A stretch of DNA of 64,000 bases, from NCBI RefSeq assembly GCF_009914755.1, contig NC_060928.1. One strand, written 5' to 3'. The notes below the pieces were generated by a model. It ran no database searches. It saw nothing but the letters and a program-made list of their open reading frames with translations, and was not told the origin of the DNA. The DNA comes from the human T2T-CHM13v2.0 reference genome, Homo sapiens. This document shows positions 30,601-46,495 of the stretch, piece by piece; within the stretch, counting starts at the first letter, position 1; every line of letters begins with the position of its first letter. Both the position numbers and the translations under genes were made by a program.

Positions 30601-33600
30601 TTTATGTACAGTATATAATATATAGTTTGGGTAGTTTGATATTTTAAGTACAGTATGTAATATATAGTTTGTGTTATTTGATATTTTATGTACAGTATAC
30701 AATATATAGTACTGGTACTTTGATATTTCATGTAAAGTATATAGTTTCAGTACTTTGATATTTTATATACAGTTTATTATAAATGTTTGGGTACCTTCAT
30801 ATTTTATGTACAGTATATAATACATACTTTGGGAACTTTTATTTTATGTGCAGTATATAATACATACCTTGGGTACTTTGATATTTTATGTACAGTATAT
30901 AATACACACTTTGGGTACTTTGATATTTTATGTACAGTATATAATACACACTTTGGGTAGTTTGATATTTTATGTACAGTATATAATACATACTTTGGGT
31001 ACTTTGATGTATTATGTACAGTATATAATACATACTCTGGGTACTTTGATATTTTATGTACAGTATATAATACATACTTTGGGTACTTTGATATTTTATG
31101 TACAGTATGTAATACATAATTTGGGTACTTTAATATTTTATGTATAGTATATAATACATACTTTGGGTACTTTGATATTTTATGTACAGTATATAATACA
31201 TACATTGGGTACTTTCATATTTCATGTACAGTATATAATATATAGTTTGGGTACTTTGGTATATTATGTACTGTATATAATACATACTTTGAGTACTTTG
31301 ATATTTTATGTACAGTATATAATACATACTTTGGGTACTTTGATATTTTATGTACAGTATGTAATACATAATTTGGGTACTTTAATATATTATGTATAGT
31401 ATATAATACATACTATGGGTACTTTTATATTTTATGTAAAGTATATAATACATACATTGGGTACTTTCATATTTCATGTACAGTATATAATATATAGTTT
31501 GGGTACTTTGGTATATTATGTACTGTATATAATACATACTTTGAGTACTTTGATATTTTATGTACAGTATATAATACATACTTTGCGTACTTTGATATTT
31601 TATGTCCAGTATAGAATATATAGTTTTGGTAGTTTGATATTTTATGTACAGTATATAGTTTGAGTACTTTCACATTTTATGTACAGTTTATTATAAATGT
31701 TTGGGTGTTTTCATATTTTATGTACTGTTTATAATACATACATTGGGCACTTTGATATATTATGTACAGTATATAATACATACTTTGGGTACTCTGATAT
31801 TTTATGTACAGTATATAATACACACTTTGGGTACTTTGATATTTTATGTACAGGATATAATGCATACTTTGGGTACTTTGATAGTTTATGTACAGTATAT
31901 AATACATACTTTGGGTACTTTGATATTCTATGTATAGTATAAAATATACAGTTTGGGTACTTTGATATTTTATGTACAGTATGTAAAACATACTTTGGGG
32001 AGTTTGATATTTTATGTACAGTATGTAAAACATACTTTGGGGAGTTTGATATTTTATGAACAGTATATAATACACATTTTGTGTACTTTGATATTTTATG
32101 TACAGTATATAATACATACTTTGGGTACTTTGATATTTTATGTACAGTATATAATACATACTTTGGGTACTTTGATATTTTCTGTACAGTATACAATATA
32201 TAGTTTGAGTACTTTGATATTTTATGTACTGTATAAAATATATAGTTTTGGTACTTTGATATTTTATGTACAGTATATAGTTTGAGTACTTTGATATTTT
32301 ATGTACAGTTTGTTATAAATATTTGGGTGCTTTCATATTTTATGTACTGTATATAATACATGCTTTAGGCACTTTGATATTTTATGTACAGTATGTAATA
32401 CATACTTTGGGTACTCTGATATTTTATGTACAGTGTATAATACATACTTTGGGTACTTTGATATTTTATGTACAGTATATAATACATACATTGGGTACTT
32501 TGATATATTATGTACAGTATATAATACTTACTTGGGGTACTTTGATATTTTATGTACAGTATATAATACATAGTTTGTGTACTTTGATATTTTATGTACA
32601 GTACATAATACATACTATTGGTACTTTGATATTTTATGTACAGTATACAATATATAGTTTGAGTACTTTGATATTTTATGTCCAGTATAAAATATATAGA
32701 TTTCGTACTTTGATATTTTATGTACAGAATATAGTTTGAGTACTTTGATATTTTATGTACACTTTATTATAAAAGTTTGGGTACTTTCATATTTTACGTA
32801 CAGTATATAATACATACTTTGGGCACTTTGATGTTTTATGCACAGTATATAATACATACTTTGGGTACTTTTATATTTTATGTACAGTATATAATACATA
32901 GTTTGGGTACTTTGATATTTAATATACAGTATATAATGCACACTTTGCGTACTTTGATATTTTATGTAAAGTATGTAATACATACTTTGTGTAGTTTGAT
33001 ATTTTATGTACAGTATGTAATACACACTTTGGGTACTTTGATATTTTATGTACAGTATGTAAAACATACTTTGGGTAGTTTGATATTTTATGATCAGTAT
33101 ATAATACACATTTTGGGTACTTTGATATTTTATGTACAGTGTATAATACATACGTTGGGTACTTTGATATTTTATGTACAGGATATAATGCATACTTTGG
33201 GTACTTTGATAGTTTATGTACAGTATATAATACTTACTTTGGGTACTTTGATATTTTATATATAGTATAAAATATATAGTTTGGGTAGTTTGATATTTTA
33301 AGTATAGTATATGATACATACTTTGGGTACTTAGATATTTTATCTACAGTGTATAATAAATACTATGGGTACTTTGATATATTATGTACAATAGATAATA
33401 CATACTTTGGGTACTTTGATATTTTATGTACAGTATTTAATACATACTTTGGGTACTTTGATATTTTATGTACAGTATATAATACATACATTGGGTGCTT
33501 TCATATTTCATGTACACTATATAATATATAGTTTGGGTACTTTGGTATATTATGTACTGTATATAATACATACTTTGAGTATTTTGATATTTTATGTACA

Positions 33601-34194
33601 GTATATAATACATACTTTGGGTACTTTGATATTTTATGTACAGTATACAATATATACTTTGCATATTTTGATATTTTATGTCCAGTATAGAATATATAGT
33701 TTTGGTAGTTTGATATTTTATGTAGAGTATATAGTTTGAGTACTTTCACATTTTATGTACAGTTTATTATAAATGTTTGGGTGTTTTCATATTTTATGTA
33801 CTGTATATAATACATACTTTGGGCACATTGATATTTTATGTACAGTATATAATACATACTTTGGGTACTCTGATATTTTATGTACAGTATATAATACATA
33901 ATTTGGGTAGTTTGATATTTTATGTACAGTATATAATACATACTTTGAGTGCTTTGATATATTATGTACAGTATATAATACATACTTTGGGTACTTTGAT
34001 ATTTTATGTACAGTATACAATATATACTTTGACTACTTTGATATTTTATGTCCAGTATAGAATACATAGTTTTGGTAGTTTGATATTTTATGTACAGTAT
34101 ATAGTTTGAGTACATTGATATTTTATGTACACTTTATTATAAATGTTTGGATACTTTCATATTTTATGTACAGTATATAATACATACTTTGGGC

Positions 34195-37100
34195 ACTTTG
34201 ATATTTTATGTACAGTATACAATACATACTTTGGGTACTTTGATATTTTATGTACAGTATATAATACATAATTTGGGTACTTTGATATTTTATGTACAGT
34301 ATATAATGCATACTTTGGGTACTTTGATGTTTTATGTACAGTATATAATACATACTTAGGGTACTTTGACATTTTATGTGCAGTATATAATACATACTTT
34401 GGATACTTTGTTATTTTAAATACAGTATGTAATACATACTTTGGGTACTTTGATATTTTATGTACAGTATATAATACATACTTTGGTACTTTTATATTTC
34501 ATGTACAGTATATAATATATAGTTTGGGGACTTTGATATTTTATGTACAGTATATAATACATAGTTTGGGTATTTTGATATTTTATGTACAGTATATAAT
34601 ACATACTTTGGGTACTTTGATATTTTATGTACAGTATGTAATATATAGTTTGGGTACTTTGATATTTTATGTGCAGTATATAACACATACTTTCGGTAGT
34701 TGGATATTTTATGTACAGTATATAATACATACTTTCGGTACTTCGATATTTGATGTACAGTATAGTATATATAGTTTGGGTACTTTGATATTTTATGTCG
34801 GGTATAAAATAAATAGTTTTGGTACTTAGATATTTTATGTACAGTATATAGTTTGAGTACTTTGATATTTTATGTACAGTTTATTATAAATGGGTGCTTT
34901 CATATTTTATGTACAGTATATAATACATACTATGGGCACTTTGATATTTTATGTACAGTATATAATACATACTTTGGGTACTTTGATATTTTATGTACAC
35001 TACATAATACATACTTTGGGTACTTTGATATTTTATGTACAGTATATAATATGTAGTTTGGGTACTTTGATGTTTTATGTGCAGTATATAACACATACTT
35101 TCGGTACTTGGATATTTTATGTACAGTATATAATACATAATTTCGGTACTTCCATATATTATGTACAGTATGCTATATATAGTTTGGGTACTTTGATATT
35201 TTATGTCCAGTATAAAATAAAAACTTTTGGTAATTTGATATTTTATGTACAGTGTATCGTTTGAGTACTTTGATATTTAATGTACAGTTTATTATAAATG
35301 TTCGGGTGCTTTCATATTTTATGTACTGTATATAATACATACTTTGAGCACTTTGATATTTTATGTACAGTATATAATACATACTTTGGGTAATTTGATA
35401 TTTTATGTAGAGTATATAATACATACATTGGGTACTTTGATATTTTATGTACAGTATATAATATATAGTTAGGGTACTTTGATATTTTATATACAGTATA
35501 TTATATATATTATGTGTACTTTGATATATTATGTACAGTATATAATATATAGTTTGGGTAATTTGATATTTTATGTACAGTATACAATATATAGTATTGG
35601 TACTTTGATATTTCATGTAAAGTATATAGTTTGAGTACTTTGATATTTTATATACAGTTTATTATAAATGTTTGGGTACCTTCATATTTTATGTACAGTA
35701 TATAATACATACTTTGGGAACTTTTATTTTATGTGCAGTATATAATACATACTTTGGGTACTTTGATATTTTATGTACAGTATATAATACACAGTTTGGG
35801 TACTTTGATATTTTATGTGCAGTGTATAATACACATTTTGGGTACTTTGATATTTTATGTACAGTATATAATACATACTTTGGGTACTTTGATGTATTAT
35901 GTACAGTATATAATACATACTTTGGGTACTTTGATATTTTATGTACAGTATATAATACATACTTTGAGAACTTTGATATTTTATGTACAGTATATAATAC
36001 ATACTTTGGGTACTTTAATATTTTATGTATAGTATATAATACCTACTTTGGGTACTTTGATATTTTGTGGACAGTATATAATACATGGTTTGTTTAAGTT
36101 GATATATTATGTACGGTATATAATATATAGTTTGGGTACTTATATATTTTATATACAGTATATAATACATACTTTGGGTACTTTGATATTTTTTGTACAA
36201 TATGTAAAACAGACTTTGGGGAGTTTGATATTTTATGAGCAGTATATAATACAGATTTTGGGTACTTTGATATTTTATGTACAGTATATGATACATACTT
36301 TGGGTACTTTGATATTTTACGTACAGTATATAATACATACGTTGTGTACTTTGATATTTTATGTACAGTATATAATACATACATAGGGTACTTCGATATT
36401 TTATGTGCAGTACCCTATATATAGTTTGGGTATTTTGATATTTTATGTCCAGTATAAAATAAATAGTTTTGTTACTTTGATATTTTATGTACAGGTTATA
36501 GTTTGAGTACTTTGATATTTAATGTTCAGTTTATTATAAATGTTTGGGTGCTTTCATATTTTATATACAGTATATAATACATACTTTGGGCACTTTGATA
36601 TTTTCTGTACAGTATATAATACATACTTTGGGTACTTTGATATTTTATGTACGGTATACAATACATACATTGGGTACTTTGATATTTTATGTACAGTATA
36701 TAATATATAGTTTGGGTACTTTGATATTTTATATACAGTACATAATATATATTATGTGTACTTTGATATATTATGTGCAGTATATAATATATAGTTTGGG
36801 TTGTTTGATATTTTATGTACAGTATATAATATATAGTTTGGGTAGTTTGATATTTTAAGTACAGTATGTAATATATAGTTTGTGTTATTTGATATTTTAT
36901 GTACAGTATGCAATATATAGTATTGGTACTTTGATATTTCAAGTAAAGTATATAGTTTGAGTACTTTGATATTTTATATACAGTTTATTATAAATGTTAG
37001 GGTACCTTCATATTTTATGTACAGTATATAATACATACTTTGGGAACTTTTATTTTATGTGCAGTATATAATACATACTTTGGGTACTTTGATATTTTAT

Positions 37101-40100
37101 GTACAGTATATAATACACAGTTTGGGTACTTTGATATTTTATGTACAGTATATAATACACACTTTGGGTACTTTGATATTTTATGTACAGTATATAATAC
37201 ATACTTTGGGTACTTTGATGTATTATGTACAGTATATAATACATACGTTGGGTACTTTGATATTTTATGTACAGTACATAATACATACTTTGGGTACTTT
37301 GATATTTTATGTACAGTATGTAATACATAATTTGGGTACTTTAATATTTTATGTATAGTATATAATACATACTTCTTTGGGTACTTTCATATTTTATGGA
37401 CAGTGTATAATACATACTTTGGGTACTTTGATATTTTATGTACAGTATATAATATATAGTTTGGGTAGTTTGATATTTTATATACAGTATATAATACATA
37501 CTTTGGGTACTTTGATATTTTGTGTACAGTATATAATACATACTTTGGGTACTTTGATATTTTATGTACAGTATACAATATATAGTTTGAGTACTTTAAT
37601 ATTTTATGTGCAGTATACAATATATAGTTTGAGTACTTTAATATTTTATGTGCAGTATAAAATATATAGTGTTGGTAGTTTGATGTTTTATGTACAGTAT
37701 ATATTTTGAGTACTTTGATATTTTATGTAGAGTTTATTATAAATGTTTGGGTGCTTTCATATTTGATGTACAGTATATAATACATAATTTGGGAACTTTG
37801 ATATTTTATATACAGTATATAATACCTACTTTGGGTACTTTTATATTTTATGTACAGTATATAATACATACTTTGGGTACTTTGATATTTAATGTACAGT
37901 ATATAATACACACTTTGCATACTTTGATATTTTATGTACAGTATATAATACATACTTTGGGTACTTTGATATTTTATGTACAGTATGCAATATATAGTTT
38001 GAGTACTTTGATATTTTATGTACTGTATAAAATATATAGTTTTGGTACTTTGAGATTTTAAGTACAGTATATAGTTTGAGTAATTTGATATTTTATGTAC
38101 AGTTTATTATAAATGTTTGGGTAGTTTCATATTTGATGTACAGTATATAATACATAATTTGGGCACTTTGATATTTTATGCACAGTATATAATACATACC
38201 TTGGGTCCTTTTATATTTTATGTACAGTATATAATACATACTTTGGGTACTTTGATATTTAATGTACAGTATATAATGCACACTTTGCGTACTGTGATAT
38301 TTTATGTACAGGATGTAATACATACTTTGGGTAGTTTGATATTTTATGTACAGTATGTAATACACACTTTGGGTACTTTGATATTTTATGTAGAGTATGT
38401 AAAACATACTTTGGGTAGTTTGATATTTTATGATCAGTATATAATACACATTTTGGGTATTTTGATATTTTATGTACAGTGTATAATACATACTTTGGGT
38501 ACTTTGATATTTTATGTACAGGATATAATGCATACTTTGGGTACTTTGATAGTTTATGTACAGTATATAATACATACTTTGGGTACTTTGATATTTTATG
38601 TATAGTATAAAATATATAGTTTGGGTAGTTTGATATTTTATGTACAGTATGTAAAACATACTTTGGGGAGTTTGATATTTTATGTACAGTATGTAAAACA
38701 TACTTTGGGGAGTTTGATATTTTATGAACAGTATATAATACACATTTTGTGTATTTTGATATTTTATGTACAGTATATAATACATACTTTGGGTACTTTG
38801 ATATTTTATGTACAGTATATATTACATACTTTGGGTACTTTGATATTTTATGTACAGTATACAATATATAGTTTGAGTTCTTTGATATTTTATGTACTGT
38901 ATAAAATATATAGTTTTGGTACTTTGATATTTTATGTACAGTATATAGTTTGAGTACTTTGATATTTTATGTACAGTTTGTTATAAATGTTTGGGTGCTT
39001 TCATATTTTATGTACTGTATATAATACATGCTTTGGGCACTTTGATATTTTATGTACAGTATATAATACATACTTTGGGTACTCTGATATTTTATGTACA
39101 GTGTATAATACATACTTTGGGTACTTTGGTATTTTATGTACAGTATATAATACATACATTGGGTACTTTGATATATTATGTACAGTATATAATACTTACT
39201 TGGGGTACTTTGATACTTTATGTACAGTATATAATACATAGTTTGTGTACTTTGATATTTTATGTACAGTATATAATACATACTTTGGGTACTTTGATAT
39301 TTTATGTACAGTATATAATACATACTTTGGGTATCTTGACATTTTATGTACAGTATATAATGCATACTTTGGGTACTTTGATATTTTATGTACAGTATAT
39401 AATGCATACTTTGGGTACTTTGATATTTTATGTACAGTATGTAATACATACTTTGGGTACTTTGATATTTTATGTATAGTATATAATACATACTTTGTGT
39501 AGTTTGATATTTTATGTACAGTATACAATATATAGTTTGAGTACTTTGTTATTTTATGTCCAGTTTAAAATATATAGTTTTCGTAATTGATATTTTATGT
39601 ACAGAATATAGTTTGAGTACTTTGATATTTTATGTACACTTTATTATAAATGTTTGGGTACTTTCATATTTTATGTACAGTATATAATACATACATTGGT
39701 CTCTTTGATGTTTTATGTACAGTATATAATACATACTTTGGGTTCTTTGATATTTTATGTACAGAATATAATGCATAGTATTAGGTACTTTTATATTTTA
39801 TGTACAGTATATAATACATACTTTGGGTACTTTTATATTTTATGTACAGTATATAATACATACTTTGGGTACTTTGATATTTAATGTACAGTATATAATG
39901 CACACTTTGCGTACTGTGATATTTTATGTAAAGTATGTAATACATACTGTGGGTAGTTTGATATTTTATGTACAGTATGTAATACACACTTTGGGTACTT
40001 TGATATTTTATGTATAGTATATAATACATACTTTGGGTACTTTGATATTTTATGTACAGTATGTAATACATAATTTGGGTAATTTAATATTTTATGTATA

Positions 40101-40332
40101 GTATATAATACATACTTTGGGTACTTTGATATTTTATGGACAGTGTATAATACATACTTTGGGTACTTTGATATTTTATGTACAGTGTATAATATATAGT
40201 TTGGGTACTTTGATATTTTATATACAGTATATAATACATACTTTGGGTACTTTGATATTTTATGTACAGTATATAATATATAGTTTGGGTACTTTGATAT
40301 TTTATGTACGGTATATAATACATACTTTGGGT
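34195..40332 (+). repeat. 6,138-bp tandem duplication, copy 1
   Basis: There is a constant 6,138 offset between ORF pairs (34458/40596, 34853/40991, 36526/42664, 38093/44231, 39654/45792, 40117/46255). The copies share a private 3-bp insertion, ACTTCTTTGG, at 37371 and 43509. Confidence 0.9.
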
Positions 40333-43300
40333 ACTTTGATATTTTATGTACAGTATACAATACATACTTTGGGTACTTTGATATTTTATGTACAGTATAT
40401 AATACATAATTTGGGTACTTTGATATTTTATGTACAGTATATAATGCATACTTTGGGTACTTTGATGTTTTATGTACAGTATATAATACATACTTAGGGT
40501 ACTTTGACATTTTATGTGCAGTATATAATACATACTTTGGATACTTTGTTATTTTAAATACAGTATGTAATACATACTTTGGGTACTTTGATATTTTATG
40601 TACAGTATATAATACATACTTTGGTACTTTTATATTTCATGTACAGTATATAATATATAGTTTGGGGACTTTGATATTTTATGTACAGTATATAATACAT
40701 AGTTTGGGTATTTTGATATTTTATGTACAGTATATAATACATACTTTGGGTACTTTGATATTTTATGTACAGTATGTAATATATAGTTTGGGTACTTTGA
40801 TATTTTATGTGCAGTATATAACACATACTTTCGGTAGTTGGATATTTTATGTACAGTATATAATACATACTTTCGGTACTTCGATATTTGATGTACAGTA
40901 TAGTATATATAGTTTGGGTACTTTGATATTTTATGTCGGGTATAAAATAAATAGTTTTGGTACTTAGATATTTTATGTACAGTATATAGTTTGAGTACTT
41001 TGATATTTTATGTACAGTTTATTATAAATGGGTGCTTTCATATTTTATGTACAGTATATAATACATACTATGGGCACTTTGATATTTTATGTACAGTATA
41101 TAATACATACTTTGGGTACTTTGATATTTTATGTACACTACATAATACATACTTTGGGTACTTTGATATTTTATGTACAGTATATAATATGTAGTTTGGG
41201 TACTTTGATGTTTTATGTGCAGTATATAACACATACTTTTGGTACTTGGATATTTTATGTACAGTATATAATACATAATTTCGGTACTTCCATATATTAT
41301 GTACAGTATGCTATATATAGTTTGGGTACTTTGATATTTTATGTCCAGTATAAAATAAAAACTTTTGGTAATTTGATATTTTATGTACAGTGTATCGTTT
41401 GAGTACTTTGATATTTAATGTACAGTTTATTATAAATGTTCGGGTGCTTTCATATTTTATGTACTGTATATAATACATACTTTGAGCACTTTGATATTTT
41501 ATGTACAGTATATAATACATACTTTGGGTAATTTGATATTTTATGTAGAGTATATAATACATACATTGGGTACTTTGATATTTTATGTACAGTATATAAT
41601 ATATAGTTAGGGTACTTTGATATTTTATATACAGTATATTATATATATTATGTGTACTTTGATATATTATGTACAGTATATAATATATAGTTTGGGTAAT
41701 TTGATATTTTATGTACAGTATACAATATATAGTATTGGTACTTTGATATTTCATGTAAAGTATATAGTTTGAGTACTTTGATATTTTATATACAGTTTAT
41801 TATAAATGTTTGGGTACCTTCATATTTTATGTACAGTATATAATACATACTTTGGGAACTTTTATTTTATGTGCAGTATATAATACATACTTTGGGTACT
41901 TTGATATTTTATGTACAGTATATAATACACAGTTTGGGTACTTTGATATTTTATGTACAGTGTATAATACACATTTTGGGTACTTTGATATTTTATGTAC
42001 AGTATATAATACATACTTTGGGTACTTTGATGTATTATGTACAGTATATAATACATACTTTGGGTACTTTGATATTTTATGTACAGTATATAATACATAC
42101 TTTGAGAACTTTGATATTTTATGTACAGTATATAATACATACTTTGGGTACTTTAATATTTTATGTATAGTATATAATACCTACTTTGGGTACTTTGATA
42201 TTTTGTGGACAGTATATAATACATGGTTTGTTTAAGTTGATATATTATGTACGGTATATAATATATAGTTTGGGTACTTATATATTTTATATACAGTATA
42301 TAATACATACTTTGGGTACTTTGATATTTTTTGTACAATATGTAAAACAGACTTTGGGGAGTTTGATATTTTATGAGCAGTATATAATACAGATTTTGGG
42401 TACTTTGATATTTTATGTACAGTATATGATACATACTTTGGGTACTTTGATATTTTACGTACAGTATATAATACATACGTTGTGTACTTTGATATTTTAT
42501 GTACAGTATATAATACATACATAGGGTACTTCGATATTTTATGTGCAGTACCCTATATATAGTTTGGGTATTTTGATATTTTATGTCCAGTATAAAATAA
42601 ATAGTTTTGTTACTTTGATATTTTATGTACAGGTTATAGTTTGAGTACTTTGATATTTAATGTTCAGTTTATTATAAATGTTTGGGTGCTTTCATATTTT
42701 ATATACAGTATATAATACATACTTTGGGCACTTTGATATTTTCTGTACAGTATATAATACATACTTTGGGTACTTTGATATTTTATGTACGGTATACAAT
42801 ACATACATTGGGTACTTTGATATTTTATGTACAGTATATAATATATAGTTTGGGTACTTTGATATTTTATATACAGTACATAATATATATTATGTGTACT
42901 TTGATATATTATGTGCAGTATATAATATATAGTTTGGGTTGTTTGATATTTTATGTACAGTATATAATATATAGTTTGGGTAGTTTGATATTTTAAGTAC
43001 AGTATGTAATATATAGTTTGTGTTATTTGATATTTTATGTACAGTATGCAATATATAGTATTGGTACTTTGATATTTCAAGTAAAGTATATAGTTTGAGT
43101 ACTTTGATATTTTATATACAGTTTATTATAAATGTTAGGGTACCTTCATATTTTATGTACAGTATATAATACATACTTTGGGAACTTTTATTTTATGTGC
43201 AGTATATAATACATACTTTGGGTACTTTGATATTTTATGTACAGTATATAATACACAGTTTGGGTACTTTGATATTTTATGTACAGTATATAATACACAC

Positions 43301-46300
43301 TTTGGGTACTTTGATATTTTATGTACAGTATATAATACATACTTTGGGTACTTTGATGTATTATGTACAGTATATAATACATACGTTGGGTACTTTGATA
43401 TTTTATGTACAGTACATAATACATACTTTGGGTACTTTGATATTTTATGTACAGTATGTAATACATAATTTGGGTACTTTAATATTTTATGTATAGTATA
43501 TAATACATACTTCTTTGGGTACTTTCATATTTTATGGACAGTGTATAATACATACTTTGGGTACTTTGATATTTTATGTACAGTATATAATATATAGTTT
43601 GGGTAGTTTGATATTTTATATACAGTATATAATACATACTTTGGGTACTTTGATATTTTGTGTACAGTATATAATACATACTTTGGGTACTTTGATATTT
43701 TATGTACAGTATACAATATATAGTTTGAGTACTTTAATATTTTATGTGCAGTATACAATATATAGTTTGAGTACTTTAATATTTTATGTGCAGTATAAAA
43801 TATATAGTGTTGGTAGTTTGATGTTTTATGTACAGTATATATTTTGAGTACTTTGATATTTTATGTAGAGTTTATTATAAATGTTTGGGTGCTTTCATAT
43901 TTGATGTACAGTATATAATACATAATTTGGGAACTTTGATATTTTATGTACAGTATATAATACCTACTTTGGGTACTTTTATATTTTATGTACAGTATAT
44001 AATACATACTTTGGGTACTTTGATATTTAATGTACAGTATATAATACACACTTTGCATACTTTGATATTTTATGTACAGTATATAATACATACTTTGGGT
44101 ACTTTGATATTTTATGTACAGTATGCAATATATAGTTTGAGTACTTTGATATTTTATGTACTGTATAAAATATATAGTTTTGGTACTTTGAGATTTTAAG
44201 TACAGTATATAGTTTGAGTAATTTGATATTTTATGTACAGTTTATTATAAATGTTTGGGTAGTTTCATATTTGATGTACAGTATATAATACATAATTTGG
44301 GCACTTTGATATTTTATGCACAGTATATAATACATACCTTGGGTCCTTTTATATTTTATGTACAGTATATAATACATACTTTGGGTACTTTCATATTTAA
44401 TGTACAGTATATAATGCACACTTTGCGTACTGTGATATTTTATGTACAGGATGTAATACATACTTTGGGTAGTTTGATATTTTATGTACAGTATGTAATA
44501 CACACTTTGGGTACTTTGATATTTTATGTAGAGTATGTAAAACATACTTTGGGTAGTTTGATATTTTATGATCAGTATATAATACACATTTTGGGTATTT
44601 TGATATTTTATGTACAGTGTATAATACATACTTTGGGTACTTTGATATTTTATGTACAGGATATAATGCATACTTTGGGTACTTTGATAGTTTATGTACA
44701 GTATATAATACATACTTTGGGTACTTTGATATTTTATGTATAGTATAAAATATATAGTTTGGGTAGTTTGATATTTTATGTACAGTATGTAAAACATACT
44801 TTGGGGAGTTTGATATTTTATGTACAGTATGTAAAACATACTTTGGGGAGTTTGATATTTTATGAACAGTATATAATACACATTTTGTGTATTTTGATAT
44901 TTTATGTACAGTATATAATACATACTTTGGGTACTTTGATATTTTATGTACAGTATATATTACATACTTTGGGTACTTTGATATTTTATGTACAGTATAC
45001 AATATATAGTTTGAGTTCTTTGATATTTTATGTACTGTATAAAATATATAGTTTTGGTACTTTGATATTTTATGTACAGTATATAGTTTGAGTACTTTGA
45101 TATTTTATGTACAGTTTGTTATAAATGTTTGGGTGCTTTCATATTTTATGTACTGTATATAATACATGCTTTGGGCACTTTGATATTTTATGTACAGTAT
45201 ATAATACATACTTTGGGTACTCTGATATTTTATGTACAGTGTATAATACATACTTTGGGTACTTTGATATTTTATGTACAGTATATAATACATACATTGG
45301 GTACTTTGATATATTATGTACAGTATATAATACTTACTTGGGGTACTTTGATACTTTATGTACAGTATATAATACATAGTTTGTGTACTTTGATATTTTA
45401 TGTACAGTATATAATACATACTTTGGGTACTTTGATATTTTATGTACAGTATATAATACATACTTTGGGTATCTTGACATTTTATGTACAGTATATAATG
45501 CATACTTTGGGTACTTTGATATTTTATGTACAGTATATAATGCATACTTTGGGTACTTTGATATTTTATGTACAGTATGTAATACATACTTTGGGTACTT
45601 TGATATTTTATGTATAGTATATAATACATACTTTGTGTAGTTTGATATTTTATGTACAGTATACAATATATAGTTTGAGTACTTTGTTATTTTATGTCCA
45701 GTTTAAAATATATAGTTTTCGTAATTGATATTTTATGTACAGAATATAGTTTGAGTACTTTGATATTTTATGTACACTTTATTATAAATGTTTGGGTACT
45801 TTCATATTTTATGTACAGTATATAATACATACATTGGTCTCTTTGATGTTTTATGTACAGTATATAATACATACTTTGGGTTCTTTGATATTTTATGTAC
45901 AGAATATAATGCATAGTATTAGGTACTTTTATATTTTATGTACAGTATATAATACATACTTTGGGTACTTTTATATTTTATGTACAGTATATAATACATA
46001 CTTTGGGTACTTTGATATTTAATGTACAGTATATAATGCACACTTTGCGTACTGTGATATTTTATGTAAAGTATGTAATACATACTGTGGGTAGTTTGAT
46101 ATTTTATGTACAGTATGTAATACACACTTTGGGTACTTTGATATTTTATGTATAGTATATAATACATACTTTGGGTACTTTGATATTTTATGTACAGTAT
46201 GTAATACATAATTTGGGTAATTTAATATTTTATGTATAGTATATAATACATACTTTGGGTACTTTGATATTTTATGGACAGTGTATAATACATACTTTGG

Positions 46301-46495
46301 GTACTTTGATATTTTATGTACAGTGTATAATATATAGTTTGGGTACTTTGATATTTTATATACAGTATATAATACATGCTTTGGGTACTTTGATATTTTA
46401 TGTACAGTATATAATATATAGTTTGGGTACTTTGATATTTTATGTACGGTATATAATACATACTTTGGGTACTTTGATATTTTATGTACAGTATA
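40333..46495 (+). repeat. 6,138-bp tandem duplication, copy 2
   Basis: Same offsets and shared insertion as copy 1. Identity starts after the 34194 C / 40332 T mismatch and ends at the 40358 C / 46496 T mismatch. Confidence 0.9.
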
